A stretch of DNA of 64,000 nt from Candidatus Bathyarchaeota archaeon (GCA_963770935.1 CAVYRJ010000005.1:28748-92747), one strand, 5' to 3'. Positions 1 to 11,407 are shown, counted from the stretch's first letter. Translations and numbers: made by a program. The notes: generated by a model from the letters alone, not told the origin.

Positions 1-75
1 ACCAAAACTGCTGTTGGTTACCCTTTTTATATTCCAATATACTAATTATTTCATAGGTAATTTTGAGGAATAAGT

Positions 76-751
76 ATGGCTTTTTTTACTGACCGTGTTG
101 ATGCAGGTAAACGTCTAGCTTCAACTTTGAGCAATTTTTCTGGAAAAAAAGGGATTGTTTTAGCGATTCCAAGAGGTGGCGTACCCGTGGGCTTTGAGAT
201 CGCAAAAGCTCTTAAAATTCCGTTGGACTTGATTATTCCCCGCAAAATAGGCGCGCCCGATAATCCATGAGTTGGCTATTGGCGCCGTTGCTGAAGATGG
301 AACCGCAATTCTCGATGACAACTTGGTTAAATATTTAGGCGTTAGCCGAGAATATATAGAAGAAGAGATTGAACGGCAAAAACGAGAAATCAGTCGCAGG
401 CTAGAAACGTATAGGCAAGATGCATCCTATCCGAACCTGAAAGGGTTTGACGTTATCGTTGTAGATGATGGTATAGCTACAGGTTCTACCATGAAAGCGG
501 CATTGGCTTCTGTCAAAAATAGAGGTGCCGCAAGTATTACGGTCGCGGTTCCTGTAGGTCCACCTTCAACTATTGAAGAACTTGAAGAAATGGCTGACCG
601 CGTGGTTTGTCTCTACACACCTGAATATTTCCAGGCTATAGGACAATTCTACAATGATTTTGGTCAAACGGCCGATGAAGAAGTGATAAAACTGTTGCAG
701 GAAAGCAAGCAAAAACTTGCGTATATTTCAAAGGGAAAGGTTGCGGTATGA
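76..751 (+). CDS. Phosphoribosyltransferase family protein (split by +1 frameshift near 268)
   Basis: ORFs 76..270 and 272..751 join as FTDRVDAG...LAIPRGGVPV...RKIGAPDNP/ELAIGAV...VIVVDDGIATGST (PRPP-binding motif). An extra T in CCA-T-GAG breaks the frame. Confidence 0.88.
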
Positions 752-1398
752 TTCACAATAAAGCAGAAATGAAAATTCCAGTGGGCAACGTAATAGTTGA
801 AGGAACATTGACGTTGCCTTCTGGGACAAGAGGAGTGGTGTTGTTTGCTCATGGTAGCGGCAGCAGCAGGTTTAGCCCCAGAAACCAGTATGTAGCAAAA
901 GAATTCAATAAAGCAAAAATCGCTACTCTACTTTTCGACTTGCTTACGCCCGAGGAGGAGGAAACCGACATTGTGACCGCGGAGTACCGCTTCAACATAG
1001 GCTTGTTAGCTGAACGACTAATTGGGGCAACCCAGTGGCTAAGAAACGATCCACAAACAAAAAAGTTAGCTTTCGGATACTTCGGGGCAAGCACAGGCGC
1101 AGCGGCGGCACTGATTGCTGCGGCAAAACTTCCTAAAGAAATAACGGCGGTTGTTTCGCGTGGGGGACGCCCTGACCTTGCTGGAAAATACCTCCCTAAT
1201 GTTATGGCGCCGACCCTGTTGTTGGTAGGAGGTTTAGATACTGAAGTTATTGAACTTAACCGTGAAGCGATGGAGCAGATGCCTGCTGAAACGAAACTCG
1301 TTATAGTTCCAGGTGCGACGCATCTTTTTGAGGAAGCTGGTAAACTTGAAGAAGTTGCAAAGTTCTCGTCTGATTGGTTCCTAAAGTACTTTCACTGA
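748..1398 (+). CDS. Dienelactone hydrolase-like alpha/beta hydrolase (PRT-associated)
   Basis: FAHGSGSSRFSPRN, GYFGASTG nucleophile elbow, SRGGRPDLA, GATHLFEE. ATGA overlap with the upstream gene. Confidence 0.88.
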   Translation: MIHNKAEMKIPVGNVIVEGTLTLPSGTRGVVLFAHGSGSSRFSPRNQYVAKEFNKAKIATLLFDLLTPEEEETDIVTAEYRFNIGLLAERLIGATQWLRNDPQTKKLAFGYFGASTGAAAALIAAAKLPKEITAVVSRGGRPDLAGKYLPNVMAPTLLLVGGLDTEVIELNREAMEQMPAETKLVIVPGATHLFEEAGKLEEVAKFSSDWFLKYFH

Positions 1399-1544
1399 CA
1401 TTTTTCTGCAATGCGGGTCTATGGATGAGCCGATTTTAAGTGGTTTTTTTGTTTAGCCTATTTTTTTACGGTGCATCATTACTGGCAGAGGCATCGACCA
1501 GATAATGCACTACCCAAACAAACGAAATGGCGATAAGTACGGCT

Positions 1545-1973
1545 TTACTGCGCTTTTGGCTGCTTGACCATCTTGAATAGAGCATAGTTTTCTGCGATGT
1601 CTGCAGTGTAGAGGAAGCTGAAGGCTAAAATGCTTTCTAGGGGCACATTCATGTAGGCTTTGTCTCCCTGTACCATTACGGCTTGTGGATCAGAGGTTAA
1701 AATCACGTTTAAGATGTCTCCAATCGCTAATTCATCCCCGATTTTGTGGCCGTCCTCAGATTCCTGGTCGAGAGGTATTGCTGTCTTCCAAGTGCCGCCG
1801 CCAAAATCAATAATGACATAGGGGTGCCCAATTTGAATTATAGACGAAATGGATATTGAGGGCATGCATTTCTCGCATTGCCCAACAAGCTGGGTCATTT
1901 CTTTCTGGTTTAAGGGTATAATTAGAATTTTGTGTTTAACGCTAGATGGATCTGTGACAGTGAAAAACTGCAT
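1545..1973 (-). CDS. Hypothetical protein
   Basis: 142-aa ORF with normal composition; no family recognised. Confidence 0.65.
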   Translation of the reverse strand: MQFFTVTDPSSVKHKILIIPLNQKEMTQLVGQCEKCMPSISISSIIQIGHPYVIIDFGGGTWKTAIPLDQESEDGHKIGDELAIGDILNVILTSDPQAVMVQGDKAYMNVPLESILAFSFLYTADIAENYALFKMVKQPKAQ

Positions 1974-2076
1974 AAAATCACTAATTAACTATTCTTTGGG
2001 TGGGCTTTAACTTTTTCTGTTCTGCAGAGCTTACGCTGCCTGAAAAGAGAAAAAATTAGGTTGATTTGTTATCGGT

Positions 2077-2397
2077 TTATTGAGGTGGTGGTGGCGGTGA
2101 CGTTGGGGGTTGGTTGTTTATGTTGACGGTTACTTGCTGTTGGTTTTTGTCCTTCTTCTTGCCCATCATTGCCAACGTGAATATTAGCCAAGCTATGAAT
2201 CCATAGATTACACCGTTGAAAACTGCAATAATTGCGGTAACTGCATTAACAGTACCGCCGATCAAATAGCCCGAAGCAGCCTCAGTGTTAGGCAAAACAG
2301 CATCGTAAATGGACTTTCCTGGTGGAATGTTTGTGTTGCCCAAGGTTATGACGACAACTATAGCAAAAACAACTAAGAATACTATTGCTCCTTTCAT
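2077..2397 (-). CDS. Small membrane protein with Q/P-rich C-terminus
   Basis: Two hydrophobic segments followed by KKKDKNQQQ...PPPPPQ. Confidence 0.75.
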   Translation of the reverse strand: MKGAIVFLVVFAIVVVITLGNTNIPPGKSIYDAVLPNTEAASGYLIGGTVNAVTAIIAVFNGVIYGFIAWLIFTLAMMGKKKDKNQQQVTVNINNQPPTSPPPPPQ

Positions 2398-2489
2398 ACG
2401 ATATCCATCAGCGTTAATTCGATTGTTTAAAATATAAGCTTTGTTTCAAATAGCATCTTGTGATCATAGCTTATGAAAATTTACCTTAA

Positions 2490-2509
2490 CAAAATTACAT
2501 GTAATTTTG
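2490..2509. promoter_or_regulatory. Perfect 20-bp palindrome, candidate transcription-factor operator
   Basis: CAAAATTACATGTAATTTTG is self-complementary and lies between divergent genes (2397- and 2712+). Confidence 0.45.
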
Positions 2510-2711
2510 AAAATGTTTAGAGTTTTAGTTTGATTAATTTGGAAAAATACCCAAACGGCATTTTAACTTTATTAACTGGCTTTTAATTAAATAAATTTGA
2601 CTTGAATATGTCCACCCAGTTTTAAAGGTGGCGACAAAATTAGATTGGAATCAGAAATTTTATATTTTCAGAAAGCAGTTCATTATATAGCGGCTTTTAG
2701 AAGGTGATTTT

Positions 2712-2903
2712 GTGGCAAAAAAGAAAGGTGAACAGTATAAATGCGAAGAATGCGGCCTTGTTGTTTTAATTGAAAACCCATGTGAATGCGAAGAAACATG
2801 CGAACTAGTATGTTGCGAGGAACCTATGAAGCCCGTTAAGGGGACAACAAAAAGCGCTGCCTCCAAAGCTCAAGTGAAAGCTCCTAAAAAATCCAAGAAA
2901 TAA
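2712..2903 (+). CDS. Small desulforedoxin-like Cys-rich metal-binding protein with Lys-rich tail
   Basis: GEQYKCEECGLVV...LVCCEEPM matches the CxxC...CC desulforedoxin pattern. Upstream AGGTGA SD. Confidence 0.75.
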   Translation: MAKKKGEQYKCEECGLVVLIENPCECEETCELVCCEEPMKPVKGTTKSAASKAQVKAPKKSKK

Positions 2904-2982
2904 TCTGGCGAAAAGCTTTTTCACAATACTCTTTTTCTTTGTAAAAGTAGTAGGAACTTTTTGAGAAGCCATTTCTTGAGTT

Positions 2983-3744
2983 TTATTCTTTTATGGTATT
3001 TACTAATTTCTTAACCTGCTCAATGATGTGCTGATTTATTTTTTTTCCTTTTTTCACTGATGCTACCGTTGGGTCCCCGTTTACTCCACTTGGAAAGTAA
3101 AGTTCAGGATGCGCAAGAACTTCAAAACGGGGTATCTGCCAAACACTAGCTTCGCCTTTTGTTTTTACCAATTCAGGTTTGATTGCCATCATACGAGAAG
3201 TTTCAAGGGTGCCTGCATGCCCGTCGTTTATGTCAGCGTATTTGGGTGTTAATTCTTGTGTGAAGTCAAAATCAGATAAAACCATAATCCGAGTTTTCTT
3301 TTGATCCCCTTCTTCTTGGGTTTTAATTATAACATCCTGCGCCGCAAGCCTTAATGCAACCATGTGTGAGTTCCCAGCATGGCCACTTAGAACGATAATC
3401 CGTTTGAAGCCATTGCGGACTAACTCCGAGAGAACATCGTGTGCTACCTTAAAGAGCGTGTCGAACTGTATGGTTAAAGTTCCTGGAAAGTTGCGTGTGG
3501 CATTGCAGATGCCGTACTTGAACGGCGGCGCAACCAAGCATCCTGTTTTCTTTGCGACTTCAAGAGCGACGTACTCGGGTTGGATGCTGTCAGTGCAAAG
3601 GGGTAGGTGGTCGCCGTGCTCTTCAACGCTCCCCACAGGAAAAATCACGACGGCGCCCTCTTTTGCGGCTTGTGCTGCTTCTTTGGTGCTTAATTCATCA
3701 AGCCACAAGTATTGCTGCTTTTCGAGTTCATGACTTTTTGTCAT
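2983..3744 (-). CDS. Creatininase family protein
   Basis: PVGSVEEHGDHLPLCTD, SGHAGN and GHAGTLETS motifs. Confidence 0.92.
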   Translation of the reverse strand: MTKSHELEKQQYLWLDELSTKEAAQAAKEGAVVIFPVGSVEEHGDHLPLCTDSIQPEYVALEVAKKTGCLVAPPFKYGICNATRNFPGTLTIQFDTLFKVAHDVLSELVRNGFKRIIVLSGHAGNSHMVALRLAAQDVIIKTQEEGDQKKTRIMVLSDFDFTQELTPKYADINDGHAGTLETSRMMAIKPELVKTKGEASVWQIPRFEVLAHPELYFPSGVNGDPTVASVKKGKKINQHIIEQVKKLVNTIKE

Positions 3745-4042
3745 AGGTGTAAGGGAGCGAACGCTCTTTTTCTATCTTGCGGAAGAGTTGGTTACTGTTT
3801 TTGGTTTGACGGGTGAGATTGTATTAGGATTTCAATAACTATCAGGGCTAATTTCAGTTATTTTCATTAGGTTATGCTATTTATGGAAACTTCTATTTGT
3901 TAATCTGTAATTCGCCAGAGTTGATCTAAAGGTGCCTCTTTTTAGATAACTATTTATTATGCTTTCTGGTTTTGAGTGTTTTGCTTGGTAATCTGGCAAT
4001 TGCTTTTACCAAAAAAATATGAATTAAAGGAAAAGGAAAAAA

Positions 4043-6718
4043 ATGAAATTATCAAACAAAAATCTACTAAACAAAACTATGACATCTTTGATTGCAGCAA
4101 TTTTGATATTGACTATCTCGATCACAATTATTGCTTTACCGGCTGTTAGCGCACATACTCCACCACAAAACGTCAAAACCTACGCATTCGTCACTGCTAC
4201 ACCTAGCCCGGCGGGCGTGGGCCAACAAGTTTTAATTGTGTTCTGGCTCAACATGTATCCGCCAACCGCTGGAGGTACCACAGGAGACAGATGGCAAGGT
4301 TTTAAGATTGACGTCACAAAACCAAATGGCGACGTTGATCACTTAGGACCATTTGTATCCGACCCAGTTGGATCTGCATTCACCTCATACATACCGACAG
4401 AAATTGGAGAATACAAAGTTGATTTCAGCTTCCCCGGACAAGTATTGCAAGCAGCTGGCTACACAGGTCTGCTTGGACCTAGCGCGAACAACGCTTATGT
4501 AAACGACACTTTCTTGCCTAGTACGGCAAATACAACTTTCATTGTACAACAAGATGCAATACCACTCTGGACGCAGCCTCCACTTCCAGTTAGCTACTGG
4601 GAACGCCCCATAGATACAATGAACACCCAATGGTATGTCCTTGGATCCCACTGGTTAGGCCAAAGCGAACAAGGCTTAAACTACCTCAGATACAATGCAG
4701 CGGGAAGAGCACCAAGCACAGCACACGTAATGTGGACAAAACCGATTTCTTTTGGAGGAATAGTTGGAGGAACCAACCTTAATACCCCTGACGTAAACTT
4801 CTACTCAGGCACTGCATACCAATTCAGATTCGCTAACCCACTAATTCTTTACGGAAGACTCTTCTACAGTCTACCCCTAGCCAACAGCCCAACTGGAGGC
4901 GGATACGCTAGTGTAGATCTGCGAACAGGGGAAACAATATGGCAAAAAGACATCCCATCTCCATCATTTGGCCAAATCTTCGACTTTGACTCACCCAATC
5001 AACACGGAGCCAACCCCAACGGCTACTTATGGATAACAGGAACAGTCACCGGAACAGGAATAACTAACCCCAATCCAATTGCGACCTATACAAACGCTAG
5101 CTATACCAGCGCCAGTAGTAACTCCACTGCAGTTGTTTCAACATCAGGATGGATAGCAATTGACCCAATGACAGGCAGTTTGGTATTTAACGAGACAAAC
5201 ATTCCTTCAGGCACCCGATGGTGGGGACCAAGAGGCGAAGTGATGATTACCAACATTGGAAGACAAGACAACAACGCACCTTACACGTATATGTGGCAAT
5301 GGAACAACACTAAGCTGCCGGGAAATGACGTCGCAGGCGGTATTACTGCATGGACACCAGGAAGAACCAACTGGAATATGAGTAAATCTTATGATTGGAA
5401 CGTGACGCTATCGCAGCCATTACCCGCAGGGTCTAACACAGCCATAATTCATGTAATGCCAGGTGACTTGGTATTCGGCCGAAGTACATCTTTGAGTTCT
5501 GCAGGATCCACTGGAACAAACCAACTTGGAACTCCAGACTACACGTTATGGGCAGTAAACCTAAACTCGTCAAGAGGACAAATAGGACAAGTTATGTGGA
5601 TAAGGAACTACACTGGAACACCTGACTTTAACATATTGATTGGACCACGCGATCAAAAAACCAATGTCTTCACTACATACTTGAAAGAAACTATGCAATG
5701 GAACGGTTACAGCTTGCTAACTGGAGAAAAACTTTGGGGACCAACGGCACCTGAAGAAGCATTTAACTTCTACGGCGGTACCACAGGACTCACATCTCCA
5801 TACGCAAGTGGCGACGGTATATTTTACTCAGCTGGCTACTCAGGAGTAGTTTACGCATACGATTACCTGACAGGCAAAACCTTGTTTACCTATGGCAATG
5901 ACATCAACGACCCCAAGAACAACACTAGAACACCTAACACAGCCTACGGCGATTATCCATATCAAGTAGCTGCCGTTGCAGATGGCAAAGCCTATTTGAT
6001 TTCTAGTGAGCACTCTCTTGATGCGCCGCCATTCCTAGGAGCAGAAGCACGATGCATTAACGCCACTACCGGTGAAGAAATCTGGAAAATAGTTGGTATG
6101 ACCAATTGGCAAGAGGTCGCATTAGCAGACGGATACTTCGTATACCTTAACCTCAACGACATGCGAATATACGCAGTAGGACCAGGACCCAGCGCTACAG
6201 CAGTATCGGCATCACCCTCAGTAATAACACACCACGAAGGCGTACTAATCACGGGCTCAGTTACAGATCAATCACCCAACACGGCGCTAAAAGGAACAGC
6301 AGCAATCTCTGACGCAGACCAAGGTCCATGGATGAACTACATGGTCATGAAAAACGTTGTAAAGCCAGATGTGAAAGGTGTTGAAGTATCATTAGATACC
6401 TATGACCCTAACGGCAACTTTGTCCACATCGCAACAGTGACAAGCGATTCAAGCGGCATGTTCAAGACAATGTGGACTCCAGAAGTTCCAGGCGAATACA
6501 CAATAATCGCTACATTCGCAGGGTCTGGATCCTATGGACCATCATCCGCAGAAACTGCAGTAGGCGTAGCAGAAGCACATCAAACAACGCCTCCCCCAGG
6601 ATATCCACAACCAATCGACAACACACAGACAATCGTAATCTCAGCAGTCGCCATAATAATCGCGATAATCGTTTCAATGATACTGCTACTTACAATTCTT
6701 CTAAAAAGACGTCCTTAG
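4043..6718 (+). CDS. Secreted, C-terminally membrane-anchored PQQ-like beta-propeller protein
   Basis: Signal peptide (..AVSA). Repeated DLRTGETIW / LTGEKLW / NATTGEEIW blades. C-terminal TM helix plus KRRP. Confidence 0.85.
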   Translation: MKLSNKNLLNKTMTSLIAAILILTISITIIALPAVSAHTPPQNVKTYAFVTATPSPAGVGQQVLIVFWLNMYPPTAGGTTGDRWQGFKIDVTKPNGDVDHLGPFVSDPVGSAFTSYIPTEIGEYKVDFSFPGQVLQAAGYTGLLGPSANNAYVNDTFLPSTANTTFIVQQDAIPLWTQPPLPVSYWERPIDTMNTQWYVLGSHWLGQSEQGLNYLRYNAAGRAPSTAHVMWTKPISFGGIVGGTNLNTPDVNFYSGTAYQFRFANPLILYGRLFYSLPLANSPTGGGYASVDLRTGETIWQKDIPSPSFGQIFDFDSPNQHGANPNGYLWITGTVTGTGITNPNPIATYTNASYTSASSNSTAVVSTSGWIAIDPMTGSLVFNETNIPSGTRWWGPRGEVMITNIGRQDNNAPYTYMWQWNNTKLPGNDVAGGITAWTPGRTNWNMSKSYDWNVTLSQPLPAGSNTAIIHVMPGDLVFGRSTSLSSAGSTGTNQLGTPDYTLWAVNLNSSRGQIGQVMWIRNYTGTPDFNILIGPRDQKTNVFTTYLKETMQWNGYSLLTGEKLWGPTAPEEAFNFYGGTTGLTSPYASGDGIFYSAGYSGVVYAYDYLTGKTLFTYGNDINDPKNNTRTPNTAYGDYPYQVAAVADGKAYLISSEHSLDAPPFLGAEARCINATTGEEIWKIVGMTNWQEVALADGYFVYLNLNDMRIYAVGPGPSATAVSASPSVITHHEGVLITGSVTDQSPNTALKGTAAISDADQGPWMNYMVMKNVVKPDVKGVEVSLDTYDPNGNFVHIATVTSDSSGMFKTMWTPEVPGEYTIIATFAGSGSYGPSSAETAVGVAEAHQTTPPPGYPQPIDNTQTIVISAVAIIIAIIVSMILLLTILLKRRP

Positions 6719-6749
6719 CTGTTAAAACAAAAAACAAACCAACAATAAA

Positions 6750-6773
6750 TTTCCTTTCTATTTTTTTATTTTA
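6750..6773 (+). terminator. Oligo-T archaeal terminator-like tract
   Basis: TTTCCTTTCTATTTTTTTATTTTA just after the 6718 stop. Confidence 0.4.
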
Positions 6774-6879
6774 TAACCACGACAGCATTTAGAGAAAAAA
6801 ACGGTTTTTTAGTCTCAAAAGTTTATCGAAAATATTCAATTTATTTTTCCAAGCGGGAAAATAGGAAAGAAAGTATGGC

Positions 6880-7350
6880 TCAAAAATCTTCTCTGTTTAG
6901 ACGGTAGAGAAACCATTCCAGTTGTTTTGCTTTGTTCTTTTCGTAGAATTCTTGGGCTGTCTTGTTCCACTTCAGTACCGTAAACTCAATTCTACCGCAG
7001 CCCTCGCGTTCAGCCACTTTTCTTGCGTATTCGAACATTTTTTTGCCAATGCCCCGTCTTCTGTATTCTTCAAGGACAAAGATGTCCTCTAGAAAAAGCG
7101 TTGGCTGAGCTAGAAAACTTGAGTAAGTGAAGAAATAAATCACATATGCAGCAGACTTGTTCCCGATTTTTCCAATATACGCCTGATATTTTGGTTTCTC
7201 TGATAAGCAGTCAGCACGCAACCTTTTTTTCGCTTCTTCATCCGGTGGAACCAGTTTCTCGTACTCAGCTAGTTTTTCGATAAGGAGCAAAAAATCATCA
7301 AATGTCTCTGAATCAACCTTCTTTATGTTTAATTGGTCTTTATTTTTCAT
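6880..7350 (-). CDS. GNAT N-acetyltransferase (spermidine/diamine acetyltransferase-like)
   Basis: LAEYEK, YSSFLAQPTLFLEDIFVLEEYRRRGIG, VLKWNKTAQEFY. Confidence 0.9.
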   Translation of the reverse strand: MKNKDQLNIKKVDSETFDDFLLLIEKLAEYEKLVPPDEEAKKRLRADCLSEKPKYQAYIGKIGNKSAAYVIYFFTYSSFLAQPTLFLEDIFVLEEYRRRGIGKKMFEYARKVAEREGCGRIEFTVLKWNKTAQEFYEKNKAKQLEWFLYRLNREDF

Positions 7351-7466
7351 AAAGCTAACTGGTTTGTGTTAGAATAAAAATTTTTCAGTTTTAGCCTGTT
7401 AGAAGCTATATTTAAGATTTATGCAAATGTTAAATATCAAAAACTCCGACTTAGTATAAGCCTGAA

Positions 7467-10225
7467 ATGAAAGATATTCAGGTTAAAAGGAGAATGATGG
7501 AAATGACGACTTTGAAACGAAAAACTATGGCTTTTTTGATTGCGTTGTTTCTAATGTTAACTATTGCTGTTCCACTTATTGCTTTGCCAACAGTCAATGC
7601 TGCTGTAAACTACTACCATTCTTACGTTTACGCTATTCCTGCTCCTTACACGTTAGGTGTTGGTCAACAAATGTTGCTTGTCGCTTGGACAGCAGACATG
7701 CCGCAAGATATTGGTGAAACAGCTGGCACCGTCAATAGCCCCACAGGGAGAGCCGGATGGTACGGCATTCAAATAAACATCACACATCCTGACGGTGAAA
7801 CGGAGATCGTAGATACGCCTTATAGCGATTCAGCCGGAAGCACTTGGCTAGCTTACGTTCCCACAAAAGTTGGTGAATACAAGATTCAAGCAATCTTCCC
7901 TGAAACGTGGAAAAATGCCACTGCAAATCAATATTGGTATAGCTCCGCCGTCAGCGAGATACTATCATTTACCGTGCAGGAGGAACCATTACCGCCATGG
8001 AATGAGTCACCTATTCCAAACGATTACTGGACTCGCCCAATATACGGTGCAAGCAGAAACTGGTATGCGCTTGCCGGAAACTGGCTGAGTGGCGCCGCCA
8101 ACGTATGGCCTGTAGGCGGTGCAGGCGGCACAACTACTTTATTCGGCTACAGTCAAGGCCCAGAAAGTGCTCACATAATGTGGACAAAGCCGCTTTGGGC
8201 AGGAGGCATCATGGACGCAAGAATTGGCAGTATTACCTACACACCAGAGCACTACGGAGGTATCACTTTCGTGCCAGTAATCATCCAAGGAAAAATTTAC
8301 TACCCAGCGCAATATAGCAGCGATATGCGACAAGGCCATTATTGCGTTGATCTCTATACAGGCGAAACGCTATACCTCAAGAATGCCACTATGCCGTCAT
8401 TCGGGCAAATCTACCTCTATGACTCGCCCAACCAGCATGGGGGCTTTCCATACATATGGAGGACTTCTGGAATTGAATTGCCCGAAATAGTTCAGGTACC
8501 CCGTGCGACACTTGCCAACGACGTCAGACAAATGCCAGTCAGAGTAGCTAGTGTTCAGACTATAAATAGAACGGCAACGCCGATAAGCACTGGGAATCTT
8601 AGGGAGATACTTGACGCACAAACAGGGAACACATTATACTATATAGCTAACGTTTCTACCACCGGTACAAATGTCTACGGCGAAGACGGAAGCATACTCT
8701 ACTACAACGCAGCCAACCTAGGCACCACCGCAGAGCCCAAGTACTATTTGACAGTATGGAACTCTTCTCACGGAACTGTGGTAGCCAGCCAAACTGGATC
8801 AGGACTCTGGCAATGGCGGCCTCAGGGCGGGAATTTCGGCGCGTCTAACGCGTATCTAGGGGGCTTGCGACGAACTACGTGCATGACGGAAGCGTCTTTT
8901 ATTCGTTAAACGTGTCAATACCAAGCCTATATGGTCCAAGGAATACCATTATAAATCAAACGGCCAGCATACAAGCGGTGCGTCAAGACAAATACGTAAT
9001 CTTTGGAACTGCAGGACGAAACGACGAACGAGGACTTGCTTCAGGCTGGATGATGGCTGTCAGTCTAGAACCAGGCAAAGAGGGCACAAAGCTATGGGAG
9101 TCCACGTTTACGCCGCCGTTTGCTTCACAAGCAGGCAACGTTAGTGTGAGCCTTACAGGTGTGTATCCAGAAGACGAGGTTATCCTCTTTTGGTCTGCAA
9201 AACTGGTGAAACGGTGGGCTTATGACCTAAAAACAGGGCAGCTACTCTGGGAAAGTAAACCTGAAAATCCAATGAACTACCATATGTACACAGTGACCAA
9301 TGTCTACCAAGGCAAGCTCATCACCACTGGCACCAGCGGAGAAGTGCTCGCCTATAACGTAACGACAGGCGAAATAGTGTGGAAGTACGAAGCCGATTTC
9401 GACTTTCTTTCTGAATCTCCCTATGGTCATTCGCCACTTGTAATATCCTGTATTGCTGACGGAAAAATCTATACGGGACACACTTTTTGGGGCGTTAATC
9501 CTGGATGGCGCGATTATATACGCTGCATCAACGCATCAAACGGAGAGGAACTATGGAGAATACTATATCTTGGAAGGACAGGCGGCACCGCGGGTCAGCT
9601 TTACGTTGCAGACGGCTTTGTTGTAGGCCTCAATTACTTTGACAATCAGATATACTGCTTCGGTAGGGGTCCAAGCGCCACCACCGTTACGGCTTCACCG
9701 GAAGCTTCAGTGCATGGAAGCAGCGTTCTTGTTAAAGGCACGGTGACTGATCAGTCTCAGTCAGGCAGACGCACCACCAATGATCGAATAGACTTCACGT
9801 TGAAGGGAACTCCAGCAATATCCGAAGAAGACATGGGCAAATGGATGGAATACCTGTTCATGCAGCAAGCATATCCGGAAGACGCGAAAGGCGTTGAAGT
9901 AGTCTTAGAGGTGCTTGACCCAAACAACAACCTATACGAGATCGGCAGAACCACAAGCGACATTACGGGCACTTATGGCTATGCGTTTGAGCCGCAAGTT
10001 CCAGGCACCTACCAGATCATGGCAACCTTCAAGGGATCAGCATCCTACGGACCTTCTTTTGCAACAACATACATTCATGTGGACGAAGCACCTGAGCCTG
10101 ATCCAACGCCAACATCACAACCAGCAACTATAGCCGACATGTACTTAGTGCCTGGCGTAATAGGCATAATCATCACAATCATCGTAGTCGGAATATTAAT
10201 CATGCTGATGCTCAGAAAACGGTAA
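7467..10225 (+). CDS. Second PQQ-like beta-propeller surface protein, paralog of 4043..6718 (frameshift near 8860)
   Basis: ORFs 7467..8909 and 8879..10225 share YWxRPI, AHxMWTKP, PSFGQIxxxDSPNQHG and GPSATxVxASP with the first copy. One G is missing in a G run. Confidence 0.85.
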
Positions 10226-10466
10226 ACCCACAACGAAAAACGCACAACCACTCTCCCCTTTTTTAATCTAAGCCCTGAATTGTCAGGATTCCTCTATCCA
10301 GCTTTGTTAGCAGTCCAGTTTGCCTTTCAGTGCAGTTAGCCATTACCCCTTTTTGCAAGGCAAATAATCAACGCGACTATGCTTTAAGGGAACCTTACAC
10401 AGCAACTGCGGTAACTAATCAAAGAAGAGGATTCGATTTAATGAGAATCACCTATATGCAAACAAG

Positions 10467-10541
10467 CGGGTCCGACGGGAATTGAACCCGCGACCCCCGG
10501 ATTAAAAGTCCGGTGCTCTAGCCTGACTGAGCTACGGACCC
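10467..10541 (-). tRNA. tRNA-Lys (anticodon UUU), intronless, CCA not encoded
   Basis: Reverse complement GGGTCCGTAGCTCAGTCAGGCTAGAGCACCGGACTTTTAATCCGGGGGTCGCGGGTTCAATTCCCGTCGGACCCG folds as a cloverleaf with anticodon arm CCGGA-CTTTTAA-TCCGG. Confidence 0.96.
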
Positions 10542-10621
10542 GCAAAGATTCGTTGCGGCTGATAGGAAAACACGAAGGGGTTTTTTAGTATTTCTATTGA
10601 ATTAGCGATAAAAAGAGACTG

Positions 10622-10993
10622 TTAATGGGGTGTTTGGGCTTTGAGGATTGTTGACATGAAACCTTTGATTTTATCGTGTGAGCCAAGGATGGCTGCGATG
10701 GTTTTGGCGCCTTTTTCAGTGAGTTTGTATACTCTTTTTCGTTCAATCCAGATTCCTTCCACTAAACCGTTTCGTTCAAGGGAGTAGAGTAGGGAGTAGA
10801 CTGTGCCTGAGCTGGCGAGGAAGCTGAATTTGTTGTGTATGAATGAGATTGCGTCGTATCCGCTTATGGGTCCATTTTGGAGTTCAGCCATTATTATGGT
10901 GTCCATGAAGCTTTTTATTACGCGTTCGTGCATTTTTTTGATTATTCTTGCTTCGGATTTTTCCCCGTTTACTGTGATTGTTAGTGCTACCAT
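10622..10993 (-). CDS. PadR family winged-helix transcriptional regulator
   Basis: ISGYD...SSGTVYSLLYSLERNGLV...RKRVYKLTEKG. Confidence 0.9.
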   Translation of the reverse strand: MVALTITVNGEKSEARIIKKMHERVIKSFMDTIIMAELQNGPISGYDAISFIHNKFSFLASSGTVYSLLYSLERNGLVEGIWIERKRVYKLTEKGAKTIAAILGSHDKIKGFMSTILKAQTPH

Positions 10994-11407
10994 GTTTTTT
11001 GCTCCTGGATATTGTTTATTCGTGTTTAGATATATAACTATTATTCAGATTTGGAATAAAAAGTTATAACAAAAACAAAAAGTATAAACAAAATAGACTC
11101 CTGAATGCCTAGAAACCCCTCTCAAGACGGAAAAAACCGTTAAAAATTGTTCAGACAAGTTTTCATATATGGCTACATAATATGCAGGTCAATGCGTAAT
11201 AGTTTACATAGAAGTGTTATCTTATTTGCCTTAATTTCATGAAAAATTTCACTATTTATATACATAAACCAATACAAAGACAACCTGTTTTTACTTTAAA
11301 ATTTCCATTTTTCTGCTCAATCACACGAATTTATTAGTTAGCGATATATGTGCATGTTAACAAACGTTAATTCTCATTTTACGTATGGATGCTACGGTGC
11401 CCTAAAC

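Noticed and set aside
1471-1510. Hairpin GTGCATCATTACTGG...CCAGATAATGCAC as a possible fluoride riboswitch
   Set aside because: It lies between convergent gene ends and lacks the full crcB consensus; more likely a terminator-region hairpin.
4043-10225. Diversity-generating retroelement acting on the surface proteins
   Set aside because: No reverse transcriptase, and no template/variable repeat pair differing at adenines was seen.
10467-10541. tRNA as an integration site for a genomic island
   Set aside because: No integrase and no duplicated tRNA 3' end seen in the window.
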